64,000 bases of DNA from Mobula hypostoma. Taxonomy: Eukaryota. Positions 24,600-37,116 of this stretch are shown here, piece after piece. Made by a program: the position numbers and the translations under genes. Position 1 is the first letter of the stretch, and each line of letters starts with the position of its first letter. Below the pieces are notes generated by a model. That model was not told the DNA's origin. It saw only the letters and a list, made by a program, of their open reading frames with translations, and made no database searches. The stretch covers positions 7,130,001 through 7,194,000 of the forward strand of contig NC_086097.1 of the NCBI RefSeq assembly GCF_963921235.1, read 5' to 3'.

Positions 24600-26365
24600 G
24601 TAAAGGGTTAATCATTGTGCTTGTTGAATGTCTTGCCACTACTGAGGCCTTGAATGGAACAGAACTATGATTAGTGCAATTGGAATACAACCAGGAGAAT
24701 GCAATACTACTGTGGGAACATCAAAATAGAGTCACTTTCAATTGACTCTGTTGCAAGGGGTATGGTTGCAGTTGTCTCAGCCAATCATGTTCCCACAGTG
24801 ATGGTTCCCCTGTTTTACCATATAAAAGCCCAATGTGCCTTTTGGTTGTTGTAGTTCACTGTTACAAATGTCATTCGCACAGGAGTTATCTTTTCTCCTG
24901 TATAAGTTCTTAGTTGGATATCTGCAGGCTTCTGTTCAGTATCTTCGAAATGCTGTTCAAACTCATTTTCCAGAATGACTGAAACAGCCAAGCCAGTGTC
25001 CAATTCCATTTTAATTAATTTACCGTTCACCTCTGGTGGAAGCCATATTGCTTGTTTCTCACTAGTTTTCATGTTATAAATATCACGGCTACTCAGTCTT
25101 GTGCTGCTTTCAGGATTATCAAACATTACATCACCTCATGCAGATTAATGCTCTTTTTGTAACTGCAACTTGACTTTTTATCTTCCCTGTGCAGTCTAAT
25201 TATTTTTGCCTGCTCGACATGATCTTTGTATGTATCTTACATTGTTGGATTTTCTGCAAATTTTGCCTTCAAAGCTGCATTGGTCTGGTGTATGTGAGCC
25301 CCTGCCACAATGGTAGCATAATATGTGTGGTCTGACAGTTTTCTGTTTAGATATGGCAATTTTGATCATATTCGCTTTCATTCCCGACTGCAACTCAATT
25401 ATTTCTCTGCTGTTTTCAATGATACAGTGATTTCAGCTGCTATTTTCAATGTGAGTTGTGCTTCAGTAGTGCTGTTTTTGAAAGATTTCTTATAAGGTTC
25501 CACAAACTAAATGATCTCTTAGTGTATCATTAAGTCCATCATTGAAATGACAATGCTCAAACTATTTCTTCAACTCAGCCACGTAAGCTGAAGTGGACTC
25601 CCCTTCCTTTTGATTTCACTTATGTAACCTAAAGTATTCTGCAATCAGCAATGGTTTTGGTTCTAAATGTTCCTGCACTACATTTACATTATCAGCATAG
25701 GTCATTTTGGCTGATGTAGTTGAGCAGTTAAATTTCTAAACAAATGATAAGCTTTTCTACTCTATGCACTTGGAACACTGGCACTCGTTTTTTATTGGCT
25801 GTTTCATTTGCTTCAAAATACTGCTCAATTCATTCAGTATACATCATCCAGTTATCTGTTGTGCAATCAAGCACACCTATTTTTCTGATGTAGCCAGCCA
25901 TTTCTGCATTTGTATTTATTTTTTACTATTATTATCACTTGGTACTCACTGCTTATGAATCCAGAGCCATACATATTGCTTGCTAATTTTGTTTGTTTTC
26001 AGCCTTCTTTTAAATTCGAACATCTTTCTGCCCTGCTGAAGAAAAATGTGTTAAGCTTCAATAGGTAGGTAGTTGTTTTGTGTTCATTTTAAAACTCCTC
26101 ATCACCATTGCTATGTTTAGCAACTCCAGAAATTATTTGAAAGGAAAACAGAACAAGCCAGGATACTTGCCTACTTAGATTTCTCCCCCTGCCCCCTTTA
26201 TAGTGTGGTGCTCACATATGACATGGTAAGATAATGACAAGTGCCATTGACATACCTCATACAGTATGACCAATAATGAATTATGTAAGCAAAGAAAATA
26301 TGCTTAATCAAACAATATATTTACAATATCAGTCAAATATTACTGAAATATTAAATATACTACTA
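24600..26365 (-). mobile_element. Gypsy LTR retrotransposon 5' remnant: LTR, PBS, gag, CCHC knuckle and aspartic protease
   Basis: gag start MAGYIRKIG at 25901; CYHCGRGSHTPDQC (25196..25393); MELDTGLAVS protease (24815..25126); PBS-like TGGTGATGAGGA near 26096-26107. The LTR sequence differs from that at 13478. Confidence 0.82.
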
Positions 26366-26944
26366 CCATGTTTGTCACTTGGCAATAAATTGACTTTTAG
26401 GTTGTAATAGCGCTTTTCCTTGCAAAATGTGTCTAATTTATTTTTGATTTTTGTTTTACTTGTGTATGCTGCCTATTTGATGCTCTGTTCCTGTGATGCT
26501 CTACAAGTAAGCTTTTCATTATACCTGTTCGTAGATGTACTTGCACAAGTGACAGTAAACTTGACCTTGACTTCGAGAAACAAAAACTCTCCGCTGATCT
26601 TTTCCATGATCAATTTAAAAGATGGGAAAGTCAGAAGAGAGATAGGTAATTCATTTTGCTTTTTTTTGCAAGCCTTAAAGATGATCAATACGTTGTTCCA
26701 CTTCAAGATGCTTCTAGCAGTTAAAAAGAGCCCTCAAAAGTCAGACAGTCATTTGAACCAGGTCATTAATTTTATAATTCTTTCAAATTACTTACATAAG
26801 ATAGGCAGCAACAGAGCTCCAAGAAAAGTAAAGTTTTTCAAATTTATTGCAAAAGAGCTTGAATCAGGATAAAAATAGAGTTTCCTTGAATGTGATCTCT
26901 ACCACATTTATTTATTTCAGTCAGCGATACAGGGTGGATTAGGT

Positions 26945-29010
26945 CATAAGACCATAAAACATGGGAGGTGAATTAGGCCATTCTGCCCATTGAGTCTGCT
27001 TCACCATTCCATCATGCCTGATCCCGGATCCCACATATCCCCATGCACTTGCCTTCTTGCCAAATCCTTTGATGCCCTGACCAATCAGGAAACGATCAAC
27101 TTTGGCCTTAAATATATCTATGGACTTGGCCTCCACCGCAGTCTGTAACAAAGCATTCCACAGATTCAATATTACCAGGCCTAAAAAAATTCCTCCTTAC
27201 CTCTGTTCTAAGAGGTCGCACCTCAATTTTGTGGCTGTGTCCTCTAGTTCTGGATACCTCACCACAGGAACCATCCTCTCCAAGTCCACCCTATCTAGTC
27301 CTTTCAACAGTCGGTAGGTTTCGATGAGATCCCCACACATTCTTCTAAATTACAGTGAGTGCAAAAGCTGTCAAATGCCTCTCATGTTAATCCTTCATTC
27401 CCAGAATTATCCCCGTGAACCTCCTCTGGACTCTCACTAATGACAACACATCCTATCTGAGATATGGGGCTCAAAACTATTGACAATACTCCAAGTATGA
27501 CTGACTAGTGTCTTAGAAAGGTTCAGCATTATTTCCTTGCTTCTATATTCCATTCCCTTTGAAATAAATGCCAGCTTTGCATTTGCCTTCTTTACCATAG
27601 GCTCAGCCTGTAAATTAACCTTCTGAGAGACTTGCACGATGACATCTCAGTCCCTTTGCACCTCTGATGTTTGAACCTTCTCCCAATTTAGATAATAGTC
27701 TGCACTGTTGTTCCTTTTACCAAAATGCATTATCACACATTTCCCAACACTGTATTCCATCTGCCATATTTTTGCCCATTCTTCCAACCTCTGTGTAAGT
27801 CCTGTTGCAATCGCACTGCTTCCTCAGCGTTACCTACCCCTCCACCTATCTTCATATCGTCTGCAAACTTTGCCACAGAGCCAGCAAATCCATTATCAAT
27901 ATGAAATGATAATCAATGTGAAAGGTAGCAGTCCCAATACTGACCCATGAGGAATTCCAGTAGTCAATGGCAGTCAACCAAAAAAGGGCCCTTTTATTCC
28001 CACTCACTGCCTCCAGCATGTCAACCATTTCTCTATCCATGCCAGTATCTTCCAGTAATGCCATTGGATTTTATTGTGTTAAATAGCCTCATGTGTGGCA
28101 CCTTATCAAATGTATTCTGAAAATCCAAGTAAATGACATCCACAGCCTTTCCTTTGTCCATCCTGCTAGTTACTTTCTTGAAGAACTCCAACAGATTTGT
28201 CAGGCAAGATTTCCCTTTACAGAAACTATGCTGACTTTGACTTATTTGACCATTACTCTCCAAGTATCCCGAAACCTTATCCTTAATAGCAGACCTCAAC
28301 ACTTTCCCTGCCACTGAGGTTAGGCTAACTGGCCTCTAATTTCCTTTCTTTTGTCTTCCTCCATTCTTGGTGTGATGGAGTGATATTTGCGATCTTCCAG
28401 GCCTCCAGGACCATGGCAGAATCAAGTGATTCTTGAAAGATCATGACCAATGCATCCATCTATTCAGCAATCTCTTTCAGGACTCTGAGATGTATTCCAT
28501 CTGGTCCAGGTGACTTATCCACCATAAGACTTTTGAGTTTGCCTAGAACTTCTTCCTTTCTAATAGCAATGGTACTCTCTGACACTTACAGACTTTTAGC
28601 GCACTGCTAATGTCTTCCACAGTGAAGATAGGTACAAAGTACCCATTAAGATAATTAACCATTTCTTTGTCCCCCATTACTACCTCATCAGCATCATTTT
28701 CCAGGGGTAAAATATCAACTCTCACTTCCCTTTTACTCTTTATATAAATGAAAAAGCCTTTGCTATCCTGCATTATATTATTGGCCAGTTTGCCCTCATC
28801 TGTCATCTTTTCCTTTCTTATTGTTCTTTTAGTTGTCTTTTGTTGGATTTTAAAAGCTTCTTAATGATCCATCTTACCACTCATTTTTGCTACCTTATAT
28901 GCCCTTTCCTTGGCTTTTATGCAGCTTTAGTAAACCTGTCCACAAGAATATTGGTCCCCCTTGGATTCAAATGCAACCCATTCTTTTCGTACAGATCCCA
29001 CCTGCCCTTG
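26945..29010 (-). mobile_element. Degenerate CR1 LINE
   Basis: Fragmented ORFs: NLWNAL, GKSCLTNLLEFF...YLDFQNTFDKVPH, VDILPLEND. A small ORF1 esterase-like piece lies at 28930-29010. Confidence 0.85.
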
Positions 29011-29016
29011 CGGCTT

Positions 29017-29270
29017 TTCGAGTTGTGCTGCCCCAGCAGCCCCTATCAACCCAATTACCCTCAATCTAATCACAGTACAATTTACAATGACCAATTAACC
29101 CATCTGACATGTCTTTGGGCTGTAGGTGGAACCCGGAGAATCTGGAGAAAACCCATGCATTCCACAGGCAGGACATATGAACTCTTTGGAGAATGGTGCT
29201 CAGAATTGAACTCTGAATTCCGGAATGCCCTGAACTGTAATAGCATTGTGCTAACTGGTGCATTACCATG
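29017..29270 (-). mobile_element. HE1/V-SINE-like tRNA SINE
   Basis: Minus-strand head CATGGTAATGCACCAGTTAGCACAATGC and V-like core GGGTTTTCTCCAGATTCTCCGGGTTCC...GGTCATTGTAAATTGT. Confidence 0.75.
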
Positions 29271-29760
29271 GTCCTTTTCTACATCTGTGGACTTCCTCTG
29301 ACTCGCATTTCAGACTCATCTTCCACTGATAGACATGGTCTTCCTTTGAATTAGTCTAATGTTTTGGCATTTCTGTGCTTATCTCCTCTCCCTACTTCGC
29401 TTCTGTTTATTGCTTCCTTATTGTCCATTACGCTGTAAACTGATCTGACATGTTCCTTCAAGGAGGAGAGTTTCAGAAGTAATCCATGTGCCTCCAACTT
29501 TTCGTATCCTTCTATGCTTTATAACTGAATGTGAGGAGGATAGATTACTCAATTCAGAAAAAGGCGATGGTGCTTCTGTCAGGCAAAGATTAATGAAAAG
29601 AACAGAGTATGGGAACAACTCAGTAAGCAGAACTATTGGTCTTCTGAATAAGAGATCAGCCTTAGGGCTGCCCTGCCGTATACACCCAGCTGGGGCAGTG
29701 TCTTCACTGCCGTGCGCATGGGGTGCTTATTCAAACTGGAGCAGGGCTTGCATAGAAACC

Positions 29761-30375
29761 TTTGTTGTTGTTGTTGTTGTTGTTCGTCCTTCGTAGTCGA
29801 AGATGACCATGGCTTCAAAGTCAAATGGGAGATTGGTGGCTGTGGGTCCGGAGGTGACTGATGAGGCCAATCCGGGCCCTGAAGGCTCACCCACATGTGA
29901 GTGGGTGCTGTCGTGGCAGTGGATGCTGCTCGGGCCTTGTGCACAGCACGCTTTCGTTGCGCCTCGATGATGCGCCTGACTTCAGCTGCACGGGCTCCTG
30001 TGGTGATCTTGCTGTGCCAATCTGGACGGTCGAGGGCAAGCGTCTCCCATGTGTTGATGTCGACACCCAGGCCTTTGAGGGACGCTTTCAGGCAGTCTTT
30101 GTAATGTTTCTTCTCCCCCCCGACTGAGCGCTTGCCCTGACACAGTTCTCCGTATGGCAGCTGCTTAGGCAATTGGCTGTCTGGCATTCTGACCACATGT
30201 CCAGCCCACCTGGCTTGGGCTTTCAGCAGGAGGGTGTAGACGCTGCAGAGCCCAGCTCGTTCCAGGATTTCCGTGTCAGGGACTTTGTCCTGCCACCTGA
30301 TGTGGAGGAGTCTGCGGAGACAGCTCAGGTGAAAATGGTTGAGCTGTTTGGCGTATCTGCTGTAGACAGTCCAGA
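29761..30375 (-). mobile_element. RTE-clade LINE 3' fragment with (CAA)n tail
   Basis: ORF contains CLRRLLHIRWQDKV...RWAGHVVRMPD..LPKQL.YGEL..GKRSVGG; tail (TTG)n on the plus strand at 29761-29784. Confidence 0.88.
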
Positions 30376-30527
30376 AAACATAGTAATGAGACAAAGGCAG
30401 ATGAGTAACAAGGGCATGAGGAACAGAGGGACAATGAAGACCACTAGAGAAGGTCTAGCATATACCAACAGCCTCCTCTCTCGGCGTGGTGGAAACTGGA
30501 GGTGTTGACTACTCAGGTAATAAAGGA

Positions 30528-30803
30528 TGGCACAGTGCTTTAGTGGTTAGTGTGACTCTATTAGAGCTTGGGACATCAGAGTTCAGAGTTCAATGCTTAG
30601 AATAGGGAGTTTATACATCCTCCCACGGAATGTGTGGGTTTCCTCCAGGTGCTCCAGTTCCCCCCCACAGTCCAAGGGCGTACCGGTTAGTGGGTTAATG
30701 GGTCATTGTAAATTTTCCTGGATTAAATTGGGGGTATCTGGTGGCACAGCTCGAAGGGCCAGAAGAGCTTACTGCACGCTGTATCTCTAAATAAAATAAA
30801 TAA
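30528..30803 (+). mobile_element. HE1/V-SINE-like tRNA SINE with (AAAT)n tail
   Basis: TGGCACAGTG..TAGTGGTTAG head, GGGTTTCCTCCAGGTGCTCCAGTT core and CR1-like tail. Confidence 0.78.
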
Positions 30804-31415
30804 ACTGAATCCCATCACAAGTCAGCCAGATCATGTTTCTCATGCCAGGCACTGACTAAGTGTGGCACAGGTAATTAGCATGTCTGCAACAAGTGACTTG
30901 TTTTCAACTCTAACCTCCAGTGCGGTCCGCAAGCAATTTGCATGGCCTCATTTTCTTTGGATGCTTCTTTTACCCTCCCACATCCAAGAGACATGCTGGG
31001 CTGGTTGGTAGGTTATTCGGCCACTGGAAATTTCTACCAGTATCGTTAGCTTGTGGTAAACACAGAGGAAAGTTAATGGTCATCCATGCCAGAGAAATAA
31101 ATGAGAGAACAGCATTAATATAATGGATCTGAGATCCAGAATAGGCTTCCGTGGTACATCATAAATTACAAACAATATGACCTTGTCCACACTGCAATCC
31201 TTAAAACCTACATTGTTCACCGGTGGTCAGATGAGACAGTCCAACTTACATAAAACTATCTTTGACATCCTCCTTAGAAGAGCCACCTGCACTGAATCCA
31301 TGATCCACTTATTCAAATAACTAGTGACAACCATTTTTAGTGCTGGACAGTTCAATTGACAATTTGTTTTGAAGTGAGATCTTTTCACACTTGGAGGAGA
31401 CAACTGAAGCCACAT

Positions 31416-31960
31416 TCAGTCAGTCAGTCAGTCAGTCACTCTCTCTCCCTCCCTCTCTCTCTCCATCTCCCCCCTTTCTCTCTCCCCTCACACTCCACTC
31501 TCCTCCCTCTCTCTCTTTCTCTCCCCCTTTTTCCTCCCTCTCTCTCTCAACTGTCTCTCTCTTTCTCTCCATCCCTTTCCCTCCCCCTCACCCTCCCTCT
31601 CTCACCTCTCCCTCTCCCCTCCCTCTCTCCTCTCCCTCTCTCCCCTCCTTCTCCCTTCTCCCCTCCCTCTCTCTCTCCGTCTCCCCTCCCCGCCCTCCCT
31701 CTCTCTCTTCTCTTTCTCCCTCTCGCCACTCCCACCCCTTGCCCATCCCCTGAACCCCGCTTTCTCCTCTTCGTCCTCCGTCATGCCCATCCTCTCCTCT
31801 CTCTCTCTCCGTCTCCCCTCCCCTCCCTCCCTCTCTCCACTCCCACCCCTTGCCCATCCCCTGAACCCCGCTTTCTCCTCTTCGTCCTCCCTCATGCCCA
31901 TCCCCTCCTCTCTCTCTCTCTTTCCCTCTCCCGCTCTCTTTATCTCTCACTCTCCCTGCA
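31416..31960 (+). repeat. (TCAG)n followed by a pyrimidine-rich low-complexity tract with an internal 111-bp-period duplication
   Basis: CCACTCCCACCCCTTGCCCATCCCCTGAACCCCGC... occurs at 31726 and 31837. Confidence 0.9.
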
Positions 31961-32429
31961 GCCTCCGTCCTTGCTCCATGGCAACCAAATGCTGTCCTTA
32001 GAACTGTGGCTTTAAGGGCCCAAGTCCTTCTCAGACAAGTGAGCAGAAGATCATGAGAGGCTGTGTTTAATTGAACCTCCCATATTAGCAACCACACAGT
32101 TTCTGTTTTAGGGTGGGATTGTGGCTGTAAACCAACAGTTTTAGCATTTTCTTTTGTCTGCTTTTCAATCCTTCCTGGGAATTTTTGACTATTGCAAGAG
32201 GTATTTAGTGCATCCAAAAATGATGAAATCTAATTGTTAGGCAAATCAGTGGCATGGAGAAAGATTGCTAACTAATTTCTGACTGGAGCTACCAGTGAAT
32301 AAGATTGTAACCGGTCTGATTGCAGACAGCAGTCTGGTGCAGCTTTCGGTTTCCCTGTCAGTCGGGTATCTGGATGCTGTGGTGGACTCCACATGGAGCC
32401 CAATACAGCAACATCGACTTCTCCAGGCT

Positions 32430-33062
32430 ACTCAAGTTCAAGGTCAGTTTATTGTCATTCAACCATACGCATATACACCCGCAAATAAAACAATGTTCCT
32501 CTGGACCAATGTGTACAACATAGTACACACAACTCACACACAATACATAAAATAATATTAACACAAATAAAAAAGGTGCATTTACAGCACAAGTTAAAAG
32601 TCAGCAGTATAACACTACTGGCGCTTCATAAGGGATTAAACCCGGGTGGAAGCAGAGAGTTCAGTATTCTCACAGTCGGGGGGGAAGAAGCTGTTCCCAT
32701 CCTAACAGACTTTGTCCTAATGCTACAGTACCTCCTGCCTGATGGTAGGGTGTCAAAGAGATTGTTCAAAATGCAAAGTACAGATGGGAAGTGTCCTTGA
32801 TAATGCAAAGGGCCCTGTGTACACAGCATTTCTGATAACTATCTCTGATGGAAAAAAGAGTGACGCCAAAGAGCCCCCTCAGCAACCCTCACAGTCCTTT
32901 GTAGGGATTTGCAGCCTGATGCCTTGCAGTTCCATACCAGTCGGTGATGCAGCTGGTTAGGACGATCTTGATGGTGCTCCTGGAAGAATTGGTTAGAATA
33001 GTGAGGGGGTGGTATGGAGATTCTGACTCACTTCAATCTCCTCAGGAAGTGGAGACTCAGCT
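32430..33062 (-). mobile_element. Rex1/L2-like LINE 3' fragment
   Basis: LFDTLPSGRRYCSIRTK in ORF 32626..32829; AATAAA + (TTGAAC)n-like tail. Confidence 0.7.
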
Positions 33063-33099
33063 TTCAGGCGGAGGATAACCTCTGAAGGACACATGTAAA

Positions 33100-33500
33100 G
33101 TAGCACACACAAAATGATGGAGGAACTCAGCAGGTCAGGCAGCGTCTATAGAAATGTATAAACAGTCGATATTCTGGGCCGAGACCCTTCTTCAGGACTG
33201 AAAAGGAAAGGGGAAGATGTTAAAATAAAAAGGTGGGGGGAAGGAGAAGGAGGATAGCTGGAAGGTGATAGGTGAAGCCATGTGGGTGGGAAAGATAAAG
33301 GGCTGGAGAGGAAGGAGTCTGATAGGAGAGAAGAGTGGATCACAGGAAAAAGGGAAGGGAGAAGTGATAGGGGGCAGAAGGAGAAAACCATACACATGCA
33401 ATCAGGTTGGAGGCTACCCGGACAGAATGCAAGATATTGCTCCTCATCCCTGAGGGTGGCCTCATCTTGGCACAAGAGCAGGCTATGGACCGATATGTAA
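33100..33500 (-). mobile_element. Penelope-like 3' fragment
   Basis: DEATLRDEEQYLAF..GSLQPD in ORF 33146..33511; degenerate hammerhead at 33163-33200. Confidence 0.78.
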
Positions 33501-34107
33501 AGTGGACCCATTGATGCAAATAGGAGTCTCCAGCTGCAAGGAGAGAGGTGTGTCGAGCTTGACTGATATGATTAGTTGGTAAATATCAGAGTGTGCTATT
33601 TGTTTAGTCTTAAAACTTTTAAATTTGTTTTAATAATTTTTATCATTTAGAGTCATAGAGTCATAGAAAAGTACAGCACTCAAACAGCCCTTTGACCCAT
33701 CTAGTCCGTGCCGAACCATTTAAACTGCCTACTCCCATCGACCTGTACCAGGACCATAGTCCTCCATATCCCTACCACCTATGTACTATCCAAATTTCTC
33801 TTGGACATTGAAACTGAGCTTGCATGCACGACTTGTGCTTGCAGCTCATTCCACACTCTCACAGCCCTCTGAATGAAAAATCTTCCCCTCATGTTCCCCT
33901 TAAACTTCTCCCCTTTCACCCTTAACCTATGACCTCTAGTTGTGGCCCCACCCAACCTCAGTGGAAAAAGCCTCCTTGCATTTACCCTAACTATACCCCT
34001 CATAATTCTCAAACAACAGGAATTCTGCAGTTGCTGGAAATTCATGCAACACACATCAAAGTTGCTGGTGAACACAGCAGGCCAGGCAGCATCTCTAGGA
34101 AGAGGTG

Positions 34108-34145
34108 CAGTCGACGTTTCAGTCCGAGACCCTTCGTCAGGACTA
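34108..34145 (-). ncRNA. Minimal type I hammerhead ribozyme motif in the Penelope pLTR
   Basis: UAGUC-CUGACGA-A-GGGUCUCGGACU-GAAA-C-GUC|GACUG; core intact, stem II imperfect. Confidence 0.72.
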
Positions 34146-36360
34146 ACTGAAGGAAGAGTGAGTAAAGGATATGAAAGTTGGAGGGGGAGGGGGAGATCCA
34201 AAATGATAGGAGAAGACAGGAGGGGGAGGGATGGAGCCAAGAGCTAGACAGGTGATAGGCAAAAGGGGATACGAGAGGATCATGGGACGGGAGGTCCAAG
34301 AAGAAAGACAAGGGGGGGGGAACCCAGAGGATGGGCAAGGGGTATATTCAGAGGGACAGAGGGAGAAAAGGAGAGTGAGAGAAAGAATGTGCGTATAAAA
34401 ATAAGTAATAGATGGGGTACGAGGGGGAGGTGGGGCATTAGCGGAAGTTAGAGAAGTCGATGTTCATGCCATCAGGTTGGAGGCTACCCAGACGGAATAT
34501 AAGGTGTTGTTCCTCCAACCTGAGTGTGGCTTCATCTTTACAGTAGAGGAGGCCATAGATAGACATGTCAGAATGGGAATGGGACATGGAATTAAAATGT
34601 GTGGCCACTGGGAGATCCTGCTTTCTCTGGCGGACAGAGCGTAGGTGTTCAGCAAAGCGGTCTCCCAGTCTGTGTCGGGTCTCACCAATACATAAAAGGC
34701 CACATCGGGAGCACCGGACACAGTATATCACCCCAGCCGACTCACAGGTGAAGTGTTGCCTCACCTGGAAGGACTGTTTGGGGCCCTGAATGGTGGTAAG
34801 GGAGGAAGTGTAAGGGCATGTGTAGCGCTTGTTCCGCTTACACGGATAAGTGCCAGGAGGGAGATCAGTGGGGTGGGATGGTGGGGACGAATGGACAAGG
34901 GAGTCGCGTAGGGAGCGATCCCTGCAGAATGCAGAGAGAGGTGGGGAGGGAAAGATGTGCTTAGTGGTGGGATCCCGTTGGAGGTGGCGGAAGTTACGGA
35001 GAATAATATGTTGGACCCGGAGGCTGGTGGGGTGGTAGGTGAGGACCAGGGGAACCCTATTCCTAGTGGTGTGGCGGGAGGATGGAATAAGAGCAGATGT
35101 ATGTGAAATGGGGGAGATACGTTTAAGAGCAGAGTTGAATGTGGAGGAAGGGAAGCCCCTTTCTTTAAAAGATAGTGGAGGAAGGGAAGCCTCTCTCTCA
35201 CAGCTATCTGGACTATTCCTCTTCTCACCCTGTCTCTTGCAAAAATGCCATCCCCTTTTCGCAATTCCTCCGTCTCCGCCGCATCTGCTCTCAGGATGAG
35301 GCTTTTCATTCTAGGACGAGGGAGATGTCTTCCTTTTTTAAAGAAAGGGGCTTCCCTTCCTCCACTATCAACTCTGCTCTTAAACGCATCACCCCCATTT
35401 CACGTACCTCTGCTCTCACTCCATCCTCCCGCCACCCCACTATGAATAGGGTTCCCCTAGTCCTCACCTACCACCCCACCAACCTCCGGGTCCAACATAT
35501 TATTCTCTGTAACGTCCGCCACCTCCAACGGGATCCCACCACTAAGCACATCTTTCCCTCCCCCCCTCTCTCTGCATTCTGCAGGGATCGCTCCCTACGC
35601 GACTCCCTTGTCCATTTGTCCCCCCATCCATCCCCACTGAGCTCCCTCCTGGCACTTATCCGTGTAAGCGGAACAAGTGCTACACATGCCCTTACACTTC
35701 CTCCCTTACCACCATTCAGGGCCCCAAACAGTCCTTCCAGGTGAGGCAACACTTCACCTGTGAGTCAGCTGGGGTGATATACTGCGTCCGGTGCTCCCGA
35801 TGTGGGCTTTTTTGTATTGGCGAGACCCGACGTAGACTGGGAGACCGCTTTACTGAACACCTACGCTCTGTCCGCCAGAGAAAGCAGGATCTCCCAGTGG
35901 CCACACATTTTAATTCCACATCCCATTCCCATTCTGACATGTCTATCCACGGCCTCCTCTACTGTAAAGATGAAGCCACACTCAGGTTGGAGGAACAACA
36001 CCTTATATTCCGTCTGGGTAGCCTCCAACCTGATGGCATGAACATCGACTTCTCTGACTTCCGCTAATGCCCCACCTCCGCCTCGTACCCCATCTATTAC
36101 TTATTTTTATACACACATTCTTTCTCTCACTCTCCTTTTCTCCCTCTGTCCCTCTGAATATACCCCTTGCCCATCCTCTGGGTCCCCCCCACCCCTTGTC
36201 TTTCTTCCCGGACCTCCTGTCCCATGATCCTCTCGTATCCCTTTTGCCTATCACCTGTCCAGCTCTCGGCTCCATCTCTCCCTGTCCTGTCTTCTCCTAT
36301 CATTTTGGATCTCCCCCTCCCCTTCCAACTTTCAAATCCCTTACTCACTCTTCCTTCAGT

Positions 36361-36398
36361 TAATCTTGACGAAGGGTCCCGGCCTGAAACGTCGACTG
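36361..36398 (+). ncRNA. Hammerhead motif of the opposite arm, with a core C3->U mutation
   Basis: UAAUC-UUGACGA-A-GGGUCCCGGCCU-GAAA-C-GUC|GACUG. Confidence 0.6.
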
Positions 36399-37116
36399 CA
36401 CCTCTTCCTAGAGATGCTGCCTGGCCTGCTGCGTTCACCAGCAACTTTGATGTGTGTTGCCCTCATAATTCTGTATATTTCTGTTAAATCTCCTCTCAAT
36501 CTTCAAAGTTTCAAAGAATAAAGTCCTAACCTATTCAATCTCTCCTTATAACTCAGATCCTCCAGACCCGGCAATATCCTTGTAAATTTTCTCTGTACCC
36601 TTTCAACCTTGTTTACATCTTTCCTGTGGGTAGGTGACCAAAACTGCACACAATACTCCAAATTAGGCCTCACCAGTGTCTTATACAATTTCAACATAAC
36701 ATCCCAAAAACTCTTTTAACTTTTAAATTTGTTTTAATCATTTTTATCATTTGATAATATTTTATTCTGTTTTGAGTGATTTTGATCATTTGCCAATTTT
36801 AACAAACATAGAATGAAATTTAGAGTTAACTACACTAAGGGATCAGTCTCACTGCTGGAGCTAATCAAAAGATTTCTGATGCTTTCGGAAATGGGCACCG
36901 GTTATCTAAAGGGAGAAAATGTGGCAACTAACAGCCATCCAGAGAATGATGTGATGAGCAGTTGGGACCATTACAGGCCAAATGGCTGAGTTCAGAGCTG
37001 TAACACATTATAACTGCATAATTGCTAGTGTGGAGTATTGGGACATTTATTCTGCAAATGTATATGTTACATAGAAATATTTTACAAGGACTCTGATGAA
37101 AAATGTAAATTCTTAC

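Larger units (their letters stand above)
34010..36459. mobile_element. Penelope-like element inserted as a head-to-head inverted pair (about 1.15 and 1.26 kb arms) encoding RT thumb/linker + GIY-YIG endonuclease
   Basis: Left arm minus (34010-35170), right arm plus (about 35195-36459). HP..CKNAIPFSQFLRLRRICS and VIYCVRCSRCGL.CIGET.R.L.DRF.EH motifs. 13-bp TSD CCCTCATAATTCT (33997-34009 and 36460-36472). Confidence 0.92.
33649..36705 (-). mobile_element. CR1 3' fragment split by the Penelope inverted pair and flanked by a 35-bp duplication
   Basis: CR1 pieces at 33649-34009 and 36460-36705 (YKTLVRPNLEYCVQFWSP). Flanks AACTTTTAAATTTGTTTTAAT[A/C]ATTTTTATCATTT at 33614-33648 and 36718-36752. Confidence 0.85.

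Noticed and set aside
12300..26365. The two Gypsy remnants as halves of one rearranged element
   Set aside because: Opposite strands and dissimilar LTR sequences; treated as separate insertions.
29418..29580. Minus-strand acceptor with pyrimidine tract, short frame, stop and AATAAA (possible terminal exon)
   Set aside because: Two competing frames, no recognisable peptide and no linkable upstream donor.
31356..32217. Several 60-219 aa ORFs rich in S/P/L or E/R/G
   Set aside because: Translations of the C/T microsatellite tract. The unique part (about 32040-32230, minus) has an acceptor-like site but no convincing donor.
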